64,000 nucleotides of DNA from a virus: positions 1 to 64,000 of IMG/VR virus record IMGVR_UViG_3300020421_003230; one strand, written 5' to 3'. Positions 18,487-27,747 of the stretch are shown in pieces (the stretch's first letter is position 1; every line of letters starts with the position of its first letter). The notes under the pieces were generated by a model. It saw only the letters and a program-made list of their open reading frames with translations. It was not told where the DNA came from and did no database searches. A program made the translations under genes and the position numbers.

Positions 18487-18706
18487 AAAACAAACAAGAC
18501 CAGTAGTAGAACCAATCAGAAGAAAGTGTGCTGCTTGTGGTAAAATTAAATTAGTAGTATTTAGAAAGTGGACAATGCCACCTTCTAAGTTTGTTGCTAA
18601 TCAAAACAATAGACCTAATAGAGGTGATGTAGATGGTGCTCAAGTAGAAAACTATTGTTGCTTTCAAACAGATAGTGGTGAGATGGAGTGTATGGTTAAT
18701 GCCTAA
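18473..18706 (+). CDS. Hypothetical Cys-containing protein
   Basis: CAAC...YCC; AAGGAG RBS. Confidence 0.6.
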   Translation: MPRGRKQTRPVVEPIRRKCAACGKIKLVVFRKWTMPPSKFVANQNNRPNRGDVDGAQVENYCCFQTDSGEMECMVNA

Positions 18707-18860
18707 GAAATCAATATTCGATTCGGGTACCGTAAAGGGTTCAGCACCAAGACCTGGTAACCAAAAGAAATACGAAGAAAATTATGATAAGATTTTTCGA
18801 AAGAAAAAGAAAACCGAAAAGGAGAATGTAGATGTCGAGAAAAAAGACAGCAATAGTTAG
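18699..18860 (+). CDS. Hypothetical basic protein
   Basis: MPKKSIFDSGTVKGSAPRPGNQKKYEENYDKIF. Confidence 0.6.
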   Translation: MPKKSIFDSGTVKGSAPRPGNQKKYEENYDKIFRKKKKTEKENVDVEKKDSNS

Positions 18861-19287
18861 TGGATACTTTGACCCACTTCATGTAGGTCATATAGAGTAT
18901 TTTAAATTAGCTAAAGAGATGGCAGATGAGTTAATTGTAATTGTTAACAATCACGAACAATGTATGTTGAAAAAGGGTGATGAGTTTATAATAGAACATG
19001 ATAGATTAGAAATCGTATATCATTTAGATATGGTTGATGAAGTAATCTTAGCTTGTGATGAAGATAAATCCGTTAGTGATACTATTCGTATGATACACAG
19101 ATTCAAACCTATGAACAAACTAATCTTTTGTAATGGTGGAGATAGAGATGCTAGTAATTCACCAGAGGTAAAAGTATGTAGTGAATTAGGTATAGAGTTC
19201 GTTCAGAACTTAGGTAAGAAAATTCGTTCATCATCAGAAATTACAGGAATGGTAGAATATGATAAACCTGCTAATCAACGCTATTAG
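18832..19287 (+). CDS. HxGH-family cytidylyl/adenylyltransferase
   Basis: SGYFDPLHVGH, FCNGGDR and KIRSSS motifs. Confidence 0.9.
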   Translation: MSRKKTAIVSGYFDPLHVGHIEYFKLAKEMADELIVIVNNHEQCMLKKGDEFIIEHDRLEIVYHLDMVDEVILACDEDKSVSDTIRMIHRFKPMNKLIFCNGGDRDASNSPEVKVCSELGIEFVQNLGKKIRSSSEITGMVEYDKPANQRY

Positions 19288-19395
19288 AAAAATACTTTGG
19301 TATTTGGGAAATTTGAAACATATATATTTTATGTATCAATACAAGAAACACTTAAAAATGAGAATTGAAAAAAATGACTTTGGGAGAAATGAAGA

Positions 19396-20346
19396 ATGGT
19401 AAATAACAAAATCGGTTATGCCTGTATCAATATGCAACTTAGTTATCCTACTAAGTATGGAAACAAACCAAGAGGTACAGAACCTATTACAACCAATCGT
19501 AGTATGATTCGTAGAACCTTTGATGAGAAAGGTTTGGATTATGCTTCAGAACTTGGATTAAAAAATGTCAAAGATTTAAACTCACTTATACAATGGAACA
19601 TAATGAATGGTTACGATTTCTTTCGTATGAGTTCAGATATGATGCCTTGGAAGACTGAGTATGATTGGGATGACCTTAAACATATTACAGAAATAAAAAT
19701 GTATTTACATTCTGCTGGTACAATGGCAGACACACATGGAGTTAGGTTGACTACTCATCCTGGCCCATTCAATGTATTGGTATCACCTAAAGAGAATGTA
19801 GTTGAGAACACAATCAAGGACTTAACTATACATGGTGATATTATGGATATGATGAATTTATCTCGTACACCTTACAACAAGATTAACATTCATTGTAATG
19901 GTGTGTATGGAGATAAACAATCTGCTATGGATAGATTCTGTTCTAACTTTGAGAGATTACCTGATTCCGTAAAAACACGACTTACGGTCGAGAACGATGA
20001 CAAGGCAAGTATGTACTCGGTAAAAGATTTATATGAAGGTATACACAAAAGAATCGGTATTCCTATCGTGTTTGATTACCATCACCACAGATTTTGTACA
20101 GGTGACATGACTGAACAAGAAGCTTTAGAATTGGCTATATCTACATGGGGTGATATCAAACCTGTAGTTCACTATTCTGAATCTCGTTCAATCGAACAAT
20201 TAAATGAAAGTATTAAACCACAAGCACATTCAGATTATGTACTTGATTACATTGATACCTATGGCCACGAGGTTGATATTATGGTTGAAGCAAAACACAA
20301 AGAGTTGGCCGTTAACAAATACAAGGAGTTACATAATGTATTATGA
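19396..20346 (+). CDS. uvsE: UV-damage endonuclease
   Basis: GYACIN, FRMSSD, HPGPF, ENDD, FDYHHH, HYSE and MVEAKHKE motifs. Confidence 0.95.
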   Translation: MVNNKIGYACINMQLSYPTKYGNKPRGTEPITTNRSMIRRTFDEKGLDYASELGLKNVKDLNSLIQWNIMNGYDFFRMSSDMMPWKTEYDWDDLKHITEIKMYLHSAGTMADTHGVRLTTHPGPFNVLVSPKENVVENTIKDLTIHGDIMDMMNLSRTPYNKINIHCNGVYGDKQSAMDRFCSNFERLPDSVKTRLTVENDDKASMYSVKDLYEGIHKRIGIPIVFDYHHHRFCTGDMTEQEALELAISTWGDIKPVVHYSESRSIEQLNESIKPQAHSDYVLDYIDTYGHEVDIMVEAKHKELAVNKYKELHNVL

Positions 20347-20542
20347 AACACAAGTAATATTCACAGAAGAAATACAAACTAAAAACGGAACAAAAGAAAA
20401 AAGAACTCGTAGAAGTTTTTTAGTTGCCTGTGATTCTGTTTCTGTTGCAGAAGCAAAAGTAAATGAAACCTTAAAAGATTCACCATATCCATTTGAAGTT
20501 AAAGTGGCTAAAGAATCTAAAATTGTAGAGGTAATAGATTAA
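20336..20542 (+). CDS. DUF4494-like protein
   Basis: MYYETQV...FLVACDSVSVAEAKV...KESKIVEVI; start reassigned to the ATG with an AAGGAG RBS. Confidence 0.65.
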   Translation: MYYETQVIFTEEIQTKNGTKEKRTRRSFLVACDSVSVAEAKVNETLKDSPYPFEVKVAKESKIVEVID

Positions 20543-20685
20543 TGAGACCAGATAAAGTAGAGATGGTATTTGATATCATAATTACAAGTCTTAAACTTGG
20601 AGCAGGATGTATATTACTATATGTGATGTATCAGTTCTCTCAAGGTATGGAGGCATGGGTTGAATTAGATAGGATGACGAGATGA
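20542..20685 (+). CDS. Small membrane protein
   Basis: MRPDKVEMVFDIIITSLKLGAGCILLYVMYQFSQG...; overlaps neighbours on both sides. Confidence 0.55.
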   Translation: MRPDKVEMVFDIIITSLKLGAGCILLYVMYQFSQGMEAWVELDRMTR

Positions 20686-21272
20686 TAGCACAGAGTTTAT
20701 TAAGTGGGTTGGTATTGTTCACATCATTCAGTATGAGAACACCTAACGATGAATCCATTGGTGTAGATGATTACGAAGTTGCATTAGGTTTTAGAAGTGA
20801 AAACATATACTTCAAGAGAGATTGGGAACGAGAGTTAGGACAATCTTATATTGATGATGAAGTATGGTTTGAATGGGAACCTAAGAACTTTTATTTTAAA
20901 CCACAATATGTTAATAAAACATCTCGTGATTTACAATATGGTAAGGCTGATGTTCGTTATCGTAATGGTGATTACTCAATTGGTTACACAGGATTATTTG
21001 CAGATGATAAATTTGAAAGTGGTTTATCTGTAGGTATCCAAAGGAAGAAAGAAATTTCAGATAAGTTCTCAATGGAAGTTAAATGGGATGGATATTGGTT
21101 TCGTGATGAATTGACTGGGTATAGTAGATTCGACATGGAAGATTATGCAAAAATTAATTGGAAATTATCTGATAAGTTGATACTTACTAATATCTTTGAT
21201 TACAATGATATCAAGGGTAGGAAGTATTATAAATTTAGCGTAGGAGTAGAGTATGAGCTTGGCAGAAATTAA
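20682..21272 (+). CDS. Putative outer-membrane beta-barrel protein
   Basis: Hydrophobic N-terminus, aromatic-rich amphipathic strands, C-terminal FSVGVEYEL. Confidence 0.6.
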   Translation: MIAQSLLSGLVLFTSFSMRTPNDESIGVDDYEVALGFRSENIYFKRDWERELGQSYIDDEVWFEWEPKNFYFKPQYVNKTSRDLQYGKADVRYRNGDYSIGYTGLFADDKFESGLSVGIQRKKEISDKFSMEVKWDGYWFRDELTGYSRFDMEDYAKINWKLSDKLILTNIFDYNDIKGRKYYKFSVGVEYELGRN

Positions 21273-21402
21273 AGAGAAATTAGAAAGAGCATATAATGAA
21301 GAAGATTGGAACATTGTTGAAGATTTGATAGATGTTCTCGATACTTATATATCATTAGGTGATACCATCGATTGGGAAGATGATAATGATGAGATTGATT
21401 AA
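21253..21402 (+). CDS. Small acidic protein
   Basis: MSLAEIKEKLERAYNEEDWNIVEDLI...WEDDNDEID*; AGGAG RBS. Confidence 0.6.
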   Translation: MSLAEIKEKLERAYNEEDWNIVEDLIDVLDTYISLGDTIDWEDDNDEID

Positions 21403-21405
21403 TAT

Positions 21406-21750
21406 GGGGCTGAACGGATTCGACAGCTATCGTAGATGTTTAAGTGCAACGAGGTTTGAACAAGACCTGCTAAAAAAGGTTCACTTTGTTTAATTGGCAC
21501 ACAGTTCAATTACGCTTACGCTTAATGTGTAAGGCTCGTTCCATGACTCAGATAATGGGTAACGGGTTCAGATATCTGAAAAGAACTCACTTTAGTTAGA
21601 GGGAAGTTAGTGATTAAAGAAACTACCAGTTCTCAAGACCTGTATATAACTTGATAAGGGTTGTTGGTAACACATTCGGAACCATCTAAAGTTGTAAACG
21701 ACTTAACTTTGAAAGTAGTATGGACGGGGGTTCGATTCCCCCCAGCTCCA
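21406..21750 (+). ncRNA. ssrA: tmRNA
   Basis: 5' GGGGCTG-AACGGATTCGAC; 3' GGACGGGGGTTCGATTCCCCC-CAGCTCCA with a G3:U acceptor pair; probable tag reading frame GTQFNYAYA* at 21496-21525. Confidence 0.95.
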
Positions 21751-21805
21751 CTTAAAAAAGTTACAAAAAAAACGAAATAATCTCAATGAAAGGAGATATT
21801 TATAT

Positions 21806-22363
21806 ATGAGTGTTAATAGACTACTTCATACTTTTGAATTAACTATGAAGAACAAATTAATTTACATATTAGCCATGCTAATCGTTATGATGAACGGTTT
21901 TATATGGACAAACATTTTTGACAATTATAAACAATTCCATAAGGATTCGGTAACCGAAATGACTGCTGAAAATGAGAGATTACAATCTCTTGTTGATGAG
22001 TTTAAATTAGAGGGGATGGAAGTGACTGTAACTATGTATCATCCAGTTCGTTCTCAAACTGATTCTACACCGAACATTCTCGCGGATGGAACGCGTATAA
22101 GGGTACACAAAGCTAGTGAGTACCGATTCATAGCGGTGAGTAGAAATCTTTTGAAACGCTGGGGTGGTTTTTTAGATTATGGTGATTTCATTGTTCTCAA
22201 GGGTACAGGAAACAAAGATGGAGTTTATCAAGTTAAGGATACTATGAATCCAAGATTTGTCAATCGTATTGACATATTAGAATCACCAGGCACTAAGCCT
22301 TATAAGATTGATAGTGCAAAAATTGTTAAAACAGATTTAGTATTGAAAAATAAAAGTGAATAA
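21806..22363 (+). CDS. 3D-domain / DPBB lytic-transglycosylase-like protein with N-terminal TM and coiled coil
   Basis: VTMYHP..SQTDSTP...IAVSRNL...VKDTM...RIDIL. Confidence 0.78.
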   Translation: MSVNRLLHTFELTMKNKLIYILAMLIVMMNGFIWTNIFDNYKQFHKDSVTEMTAENERLQSLVDEFKLEGMEVTVTMYHPVRSQTDSTPNILADGTRIRVHKASEYRFIAVSRNLLKRWGGFLDYGDFIVLKGTGNKDGVYQVKDTMNPRFVNRIDILESPGTKPYKIDSAKIVKTDLVLKNKSE

Positions 22364-22408
22364 CGCAAATTAAGATTATACTTATTATTATATGAGTAAG
22401 GAGTTACA

Positions 22409-24049
22409 TTGAAAAAATGGTTTTATGAGAGAAGTCGTTTCTCTGAGTTCAAATCAAATACGACATATCACAAACTACTCTCTATGTCCGATTCTGAGTT
22501 TATTGAATGGGCAAGATTACTTAGAAAAGAAGTAACCACACAATGGGATGAGTTTGGAACGCCACCAGTAATTGGTAAGGATGAAGAACAGATAGTTGAA
22601 TCACTATCTAAGTTAAAAGATAATCCTTGTAATTTTTTACAAGAAGATTTAACAGGTGATAAAGAATCACTTGGTATTATACAAAACTTCAACAAAGATG
22701 CAAGTGCTGTTAATCAGTTCTTTCCAACAATGTTGAAAACAAAAATCTCATCAGGTAAAAGTGCAGATAATGGTTTAAGTATTTACGACCATTTTGCAGA
22801 CCCCGATATGGAAGAGAAGTTTGTTAACATTATGAAACGAGCCGTGAAGAAAGATTCAATGTATAGTTGGAGTAGAAGTGTTACAAACAAAAGAGATGAG
22901 AATCCATTTTGGAATGGACAGAATGGAAAAGATTTTATTCGTGATGTACACGAGGGTAGAGTGTTTATAGATAAGTACAAAGATTGTGCTATTGTACTTG
23001 CTAAAGTTAAGAAGAGTACTACAGATAATTATGGTACCGTAAATGAAGAGTATCATGATTTTACTAACTTGTATCTAACAGCTGATGATGTTAATGAGTG
23101 TGTAGAAAATGGTTGGTTAAGTAAAACACAGATAAGTAATCTTGGTGATATAGTTGAATCTACTACATCAGATAGTACAGGTAAAGTTACAGAGTATCTT
23201 TATCAAAGTAGATGGTATGATAAGAACGATGGAATCTTTCCAAAGATATTACAAGTATTTAGATTATCATGTGGACAACCAGCAGTAAACTTTCCAGCAC
23301 TAACTGCAAAGTATTTATATGAAACCTATACATCTCATGTTGAAGAACCAATAACTATTTATGATAGTAGTAGTGGTTGGGGTGGTAGAATCATTGGTGC
23401 TATGAGTATGAGAAAGAAAGCACACTATGTTGGTACAGACCCTAATCCTGATACAGGTGGTAGATACCAAGCAGTTGCTGATTTCTATAATAACAATTGT
23501 GTTGATAATGAAAGTGAAACCTTTCAAAAGTTTTTTGAAGTAGAAAAGAAAAGTAATACATACGATGTCTTTTCTGATGGAAGTGAATTAATTGGGAACA
23601 ATCCTAAGTTTCAATCGTATAAGGGGAAAGTAGATATGGTTTTTACAAGTCCACCTTATTTCAATAGGGAACAATATTCACAAGATGAGAATCAAAGTTT
23701 TAAGGCATATGCAGAATATGATGATTGGAGAGATAATTTCTTAGAACCAACATTAACTACAGCATATGAATATCTAAAAGATGATAGATATATTCTATGG
23801 AATATAGCCGATATAAAAATTGGAAGTAGTACTTACTTTCCATTAGAGCAAGATAGTATTGATATCCTAACTAAGTTAGGGTGTGAGTATAAAGGTAAAC
23901 TTAAAATGTTGATGACACGGATGGTGGGGTTAGACCCAACAAAGACGGGAATAAAGAATGCTGTAAAACATAACGGAAAAGCATACAAGTTCGAACCGAT
24001 ATTCGTGTTCTACAAAGGAGCACAAAATGAAATTCAGAAATTGGGATAA
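22409..24049 (+). CDS. Amino (N4-C/N6-A) DNA methyltransferase-like protein
   Basis: SAM-binding IYDSSSGWGGR...YVGTDPN followed by catalytic VFTSPPYF. Confidence 0.85.
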   Translation: MKKWFYERSRFSEFKSNTTYHKLLSMSDSEFIEWARLLRKEVTTQWDEFGTPPVIGKDEEQIVESLSKLKDNPCNFLQEDLTGDKESLGIIQNFNKDASAVNQFFPTMLKTKISSGKSADNGLSIYDHFADPDMEEKFVNIMKRAVKKDSMYSWSRSVTNKRDENPFWNGQNGKDFIRDVHEGRVFIDKYKDCAIVLAKVKKSTTDNYGTVNEEYHDFTNLYLTADDVNECVENGWLSKTQISNLGDIVESTTSDSTGKVTEYLYQSRWYDKNDGIFPKILQVFRLSCGQPAVNFPALTAKYLYETYTSHVEEPITIYDSSSGWGGRIIGAMSMRKKAHYVGTDPNPDTGGRYQAVADFYNNNCVDNESETFQKFFEVEKKSNTYDVFSDGSELIGNNPKFQSYKGKVDMVFTSPPYFNREQYSQDENQSFKAYAEYDDWRDNFLEPTLTTAYEYLKDDRYILWNIADIKIGSSTYFPLEQDSIDILTKLGCEYKGKLKMLMTRMVGLDPTKTGIKNAVKHNGKAYKFEPIFVFYKGAQNEIQKLG

Positions 24050-25355
24050 GGAATACGATAAACCTTATCATAATGGAAAACAATGGATGTATGATAAAAC
24101 ACCAATCTATGATAATATCTTAGATTGTTTTTTAGAAACACAAAGACCAGAGGGTGATAAAGGTACCAGAGAAAAATATGGTATGACGAGATTGAGAGAC
24201 CCTTTTAGAAAAATAAACAAATATAAAATCCAACAATATCTCGGACACATGGAACAAAACAAATATAAAGAAGTTGATTGGGTGGAAGATGATAATGGTA
24301 AGATTGTTGCTATTATTCATTATTACGATTTAAATAAAATGTCTACACAATTTAAAAAGGTAAAATCTTTTTGTGGACAAGAATATATTTTAGATAAATC
24401 AAGAGGTGATATGTACATTAAAGAGATGGCATGTTATCCTGGTTACGAAGAATGGTTACAAAAATTAGTAGAGAAAAATATTGCTAAAGAACCTGATGGT
24501 TTTAGTTTTCACGAAACACCAATTACAATTGTAGAGATTGATAATCAATTGAAAAGAAATAAAGATATATTAGAAAATTTAGGATTCGAATGTATTGATA
24601 ATATTGTAACATCGTTTGCAGATGTTTATGGTATATGGGCGTACAATGGTGAGAGTTTAGAACGACCTGATAAAGCACAAGAGTTATCACTTCAGAGATT
24701 AGATTATGATACACAAGATACAAAAGAGTTGATGGAACAAATTCTAAAACTTAATCCTGATGATTTTGCTAATCACTATTCTAACTATAACAAAGGAAAT
24801 ACTTGGAAAGGTATGGTAGTTCGTGGTTATGGTGGATTAGTTGATTTCATTGTTAAACCTGCAGAGATGGTTAACTCTTGGAAGAAAGCAAACAAAGAGA
24901 AGATGGATTGGAAAGTAGAAGATACACCATTAAGAGAACAAGTACCTGCCGTAGAAAAGTTTGCAGATATACTTGGTGATTACGACCATGAAAGAATTCG
25001 AATACTTAAACTATCAGAAGGACAAGGTGAACTTGAAAGACATACTGATAGACAAGATGTAGAAGCTGGAATTGGTGATGGTCAATGGGCAAGGTTACAC
25101 TTTCCTTTACAAACAAATCCAAAGGTAGAATTCACACAATGGAATGCTGATGGTACAAGAACCAAATGTAAAATGGGTGAAGGTGAGTTGTGGTATTTAG
25201 ATATGAGAAAACCACACACTGCAGTTAACTTTGGTGAACAAGATAGATACCACTTAATCATAGATATTAAATCAGACCAACGATTAAGAGATTGGTTAGT
25301 GAGGAGTAGTGAGAAGTATCCATCTACAAAAGAGGTTGATGATTATATAGAATGA
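24027..25355 (+). CDS. Possible GNAT-like N-terminus plus Asp/Asn beta-hydroxylase-like 2OG-Fe(II) dioxygenase
   Basis: C-terminal RHTD...RLHFPL...HTAVN...RYHLIID; N-terminal MYIKEMAC...LENLGF resembles a GNAT fold (weak). Confidence 0.72.
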   Translation: MKFRNWDKEYDKPYHNGKQWMYDKTPIYDNILDCFLETQRPEGDKGTREKYGMTRLRDPFRKINKYKIQQYLGHMEQNKYKEVDWVEDDNGKIVAIIHYYDLNKMSTQFKKVKSFCGQEYILDKSRGDMYIKEMACYPGYEEWLQKLVEKNIAKEPDGFSFHETPITIVEIDNQLKRNKDILENLGFECIDNIVTSFADVYGIWAYNGESLERPDKAQELSLQRLDYDTQDTKELMEQILKLNPDDFANHYSNYNKGNTWKGMVVRGYGGLVDFIVKPAEMVNSWKKANKEKMDWKVEDTPLREQVPAVEKFADILGDYDHERIRILKLSEGQGELERHTDRQDVEAGIGDGQWARLHFPLQTNPKVEFTQWNADGTRTKCKMGEGELWYLDMRKPHTAVNFGEQDRYHLIIDIKSDQRLRDWLVRSSEKYPSTKEVDDYIE

Positions 25356-25816
25356 GAATCAAAGAAAAAGAGTTACAAAAAATGTTTGATGTAGCTGGTG
25401 TTTCCAAAGGCCAGTTACATGAAGCATTAAAAACAATGGGTAAGAAACATCTTAAAACAAAACTAATGAAAGATGCATGGACAATGGATAATCCTACTAA
25501 GAATTATTGTTATGTTGTTTCTGAATTTGTATATTATTATTTATCACCACCAGGTTCTAAACCTTATAAGTTGGCTGGTATACCTGGTGATGATGGGTTA
25601 CACAGATTCATTAAATGGCCAGATGATACAATAGTAGATTTATCAGTTGACCAGTTTGATAACTATGAAGATGTAGATTACACACAGGCTAAGGTTTGTT
25701 ATTTTATGACTAACCAATATAATAAAGGCCCAAGTAAAAGAGCTCGTATCCTTGCAGAATTAATGGGATGTGAGTTACCAGGTGATAGAGAAAAAGTAAA
25801 CACAAAATTTTGGTAA
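25352..25816 (+). CDS. Hypothetical protein (possible Cys-His-Asp triad)
   Basis: NYCYVVSE...LHRFIK...IVDLSVDQF. Confidence 0.65.
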   Translation: MRIKEKELQKMFDVAGVSKGQLHEALKTMGKKHLKTKLMKDAWTMDNPTKNYCYVVSEFVYYYLSPPGSKPYKLAGIPGDDGLHRFIKWPDDTIVDLSVDQFDNYEDVDYTQAKVCYFMTNQYNKGPSKRARILAELMGCELPGDREKVNTKFW

Positions 25817-25823
25817 GGATATT

Positions 25824-26642
25824 ATGAATAAATTTTTTGAACCGACCTACGAAGATAATAGTGGGAAAGTGTGGGGAGTTACTGAGTTATTAGATTTAGT
25901 AAAAGATTGGGAAGACCCAAATCCACCAGTAGTTATAGAAGAGTATGATGGGATAAAAGTTGTAAGAGATGATTTGTTACATCATGGTAGTAAGATTAGA
26001 TTTGTTGATAAGTACATAAAAGATACACCAGCAAAAGAAATAGTATTTGGAAGTTGTCCTGCTACAGGTTATGCACAAATATCGTTACCTGCTGTAACCA
26101 ACAAGTATGGAAAGAAGACTGTGTTGTTTATGGCTAAAAGAAATCCTGAGAACTATCATGAGTATCAAAAAAGAGGAATGGATTTAGGTGCTGAATATAA
26201 ATGGGTAAACATGGGAATGTTATCAGTAACTCAGGCAAGAGCAAGAGAGTATGTAAACGAAAGTCCTGATACAAGAGCTTTGTTTCCTATTGGATTAGAA
26301 CATCCAACAAACATTGGTAGTATGATAAAGGTTATTAGAGAAAATTTAAAAGATGTAGATTTTAGTGAGATATGGAGTGTTGGTAGTAGTGGTTCTTTGA
26401 GTAGAGGATTACAATTAGCATTTCCTGATAAGGATGTGAATGTAGTTTCAGTAGGACATAAAATGAACGAGAGAGAAATAGGTAGAGCTAAATACTATCG
26501 TTCTGAATATAAATTCGAAAAGGTGATACCTGAATCAGAGATGCCACCTTTTCCATCGGCTCCAAGTTATGATGCTAAGGCTTGGAAGTTCATTAAAGAG
26601 TATGCCAAACCCAATGCCATTTTTTGGAATGTTGGTTATTAG
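25824..26642 (+). CDS. PLP-dependent fold-type II enzyme (ACC deaminase/D-Cys desulfhydrase-like)
   Basis: VVRDDLL..GSKIR (PLP Lys), SVGSSGS phosphate loop, YDAKAW, FWNVG. Confidence 0.82.
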   Translation: MNKFFEPTYEDNSGKVWGVTELLDLVKDWEDPNPPVVIEEYDGIKVVRDDLLHHGSKIRFVDKYIKDTPAKEIVFGSCPATGYAQISLPAVTNKYGKKTVLFMAKRNPENYHEYQKRGMDLGAEYKWVNMGMLSVTQARAREYVNESPDTRALFPIGLEHPTNIGSMIKVIRENLKDVDFSEIWSVGSSGSLSRGLQLAFPDKDVNVVSVGHKMNEREIGRAKYYRSEYKFEKVIPESEMPPFPSAPSYDAKAWKFIKEYAKPNAIFWNVGY

Positions 26643-26643
26643 C

Positions 26644-26689
26644 AAAAAAAGACTTGACTTTTATATAAAAAGTTTCGTACATTTAGGGG
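26644..26689 (+). promoter_or_regulatory. Conserved early-type promoter, copy 6
   Basis: TTGACT (26654-26659), 18 bp spacer, TACATT-TAGG. Confidence 0.78.
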
Positions 26690-26722
26690 TAAATTAAATT
26701 GGGAAAATACAAAGGTTATTAA

Positions 26723-27499
26723 ATGAAACAATTAACAGAACAGCAATTACTCGACAACTACGGTAAGTTAGTATCAGTAGTAGAAGAACATTTTTCTGGC
26801 GACAGGAAAGAAACATTGCTAGAGATGTATAAGTACTTTCAAGAAAGAATCGTAGTTGCACCAGCTAGTGGTAAACCATATTATCATTATTGTTTTGTAG
26901 GTGGATATGTAGAGCATGTTTTACATATTGTAGAAACCGCAAAAGAATTAATGAAGGTTTATGAAAAGGTTGGTGGGGTTATAGATTTTACTGAAGAAGA
27001 ACTTGTATTCTCTGCACTACATCACGACTTAGGTAAGGTTGGTGATTTAGAACATGAATATTATCTTGTACAAGATGATGATTGGCGAAGAAAGAAATTA
27101 AATGAATGGTTCACTCAGAATCCTGAAATGAATTATATGTCAGTAACAGATAGGGCGTTGTATCTATTACAACACTTCAAAGTTCCTATTACACAAAACG
27201 AATGGTTGGCAATCAAATGTAGTGATGGTATGTATGATGAAGCTAATATGCAATACTACAAAACATTCAAACCTGAGAACTCGTTCAGAACTGCTTTACC
27301 ATATATCATTCATTGGGCAGACCACATGGCTACCGTGAGTGAGAAATCAATGTGGAAGAATCAAGAAGAAGTAAAAACTCAAAAGGTAAATAAATCGGTT
27401 GGTAATATCAAACAGGCTGTAAAGACGGAAGTAGAAACAAAACTTACAGGTGATTCACCAAAGGATTTATTTGATGAGTTGTTTGGAGATAAGAAATGA
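26723..27499 (+). CDS. HD-domain phosphohydrolase (YhaM-like HD)
   Basis: APAS...YH...GGYVEH...LHHDLGK...HWAD. Confidence 0.88.
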   Translation: MKQLTEQQLLDNYGKLVSVVEEHFSGDRKETLLEMYKYFQERIVVAPASGKPYYHYCFVGGYVEHVLHIVETAKELMKVYEKVGGVIDFTEEELVFSALHHDLGKVGDLEHEYYLVQDDDWRRKKLNEWFTQNPEMNYMSVTDRALYLLQHFKVPITQNEWLAIKCSDGMYDEANMQYYKTFKPENSFRTALPYIIHWADHMATVSEKSMWKNQEEVKTQKVNKSVGNIKQAVKTEVETKLTGDSPKDLFDELFGDKK

Positions 27500-27747
27500 T
27501 ATTAGAAATTATCTTAGGTTGTTTGGCAGTAACATTCGGATATACAAGTTGGAATCTCTTTCAAAAGGTTGAAAGATTAGAAGGTTGGATAGAAGAGTTA
27601 TCTGCTAAAATTACCATAACAAAAAATGTACTCGATGAATTAGATTCAGAGGGTAAGTTCGAATCCGATGATGAGATTGGAACAGTCTTTCAAGGTATAA
27701 AGGATACCATGAATGAATTAAATACTATAACAGATAAGGAGATATAA
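27496..27747 (+). CDS. Hypothetical membrane-anchored protein
   Basis: N-terminal TM followed by FESDDEIG. Confidence 0.7.
   Translation: MILEIILGCLAVTFGYTSWNLFQKVERLEGWIEELSAKITITKNVLDELDSEGKFESDDEIGTVFQGIKDTMNELNTITDKEI

Noticed and set aside
3659-26689. CRISPR or mobile-element repeats for the GACTTGACT copies
   Set aside because: They are dispersed at gene boundaries with -35/-10 geometry and are not regularly spaced; no cas or transposase genes.
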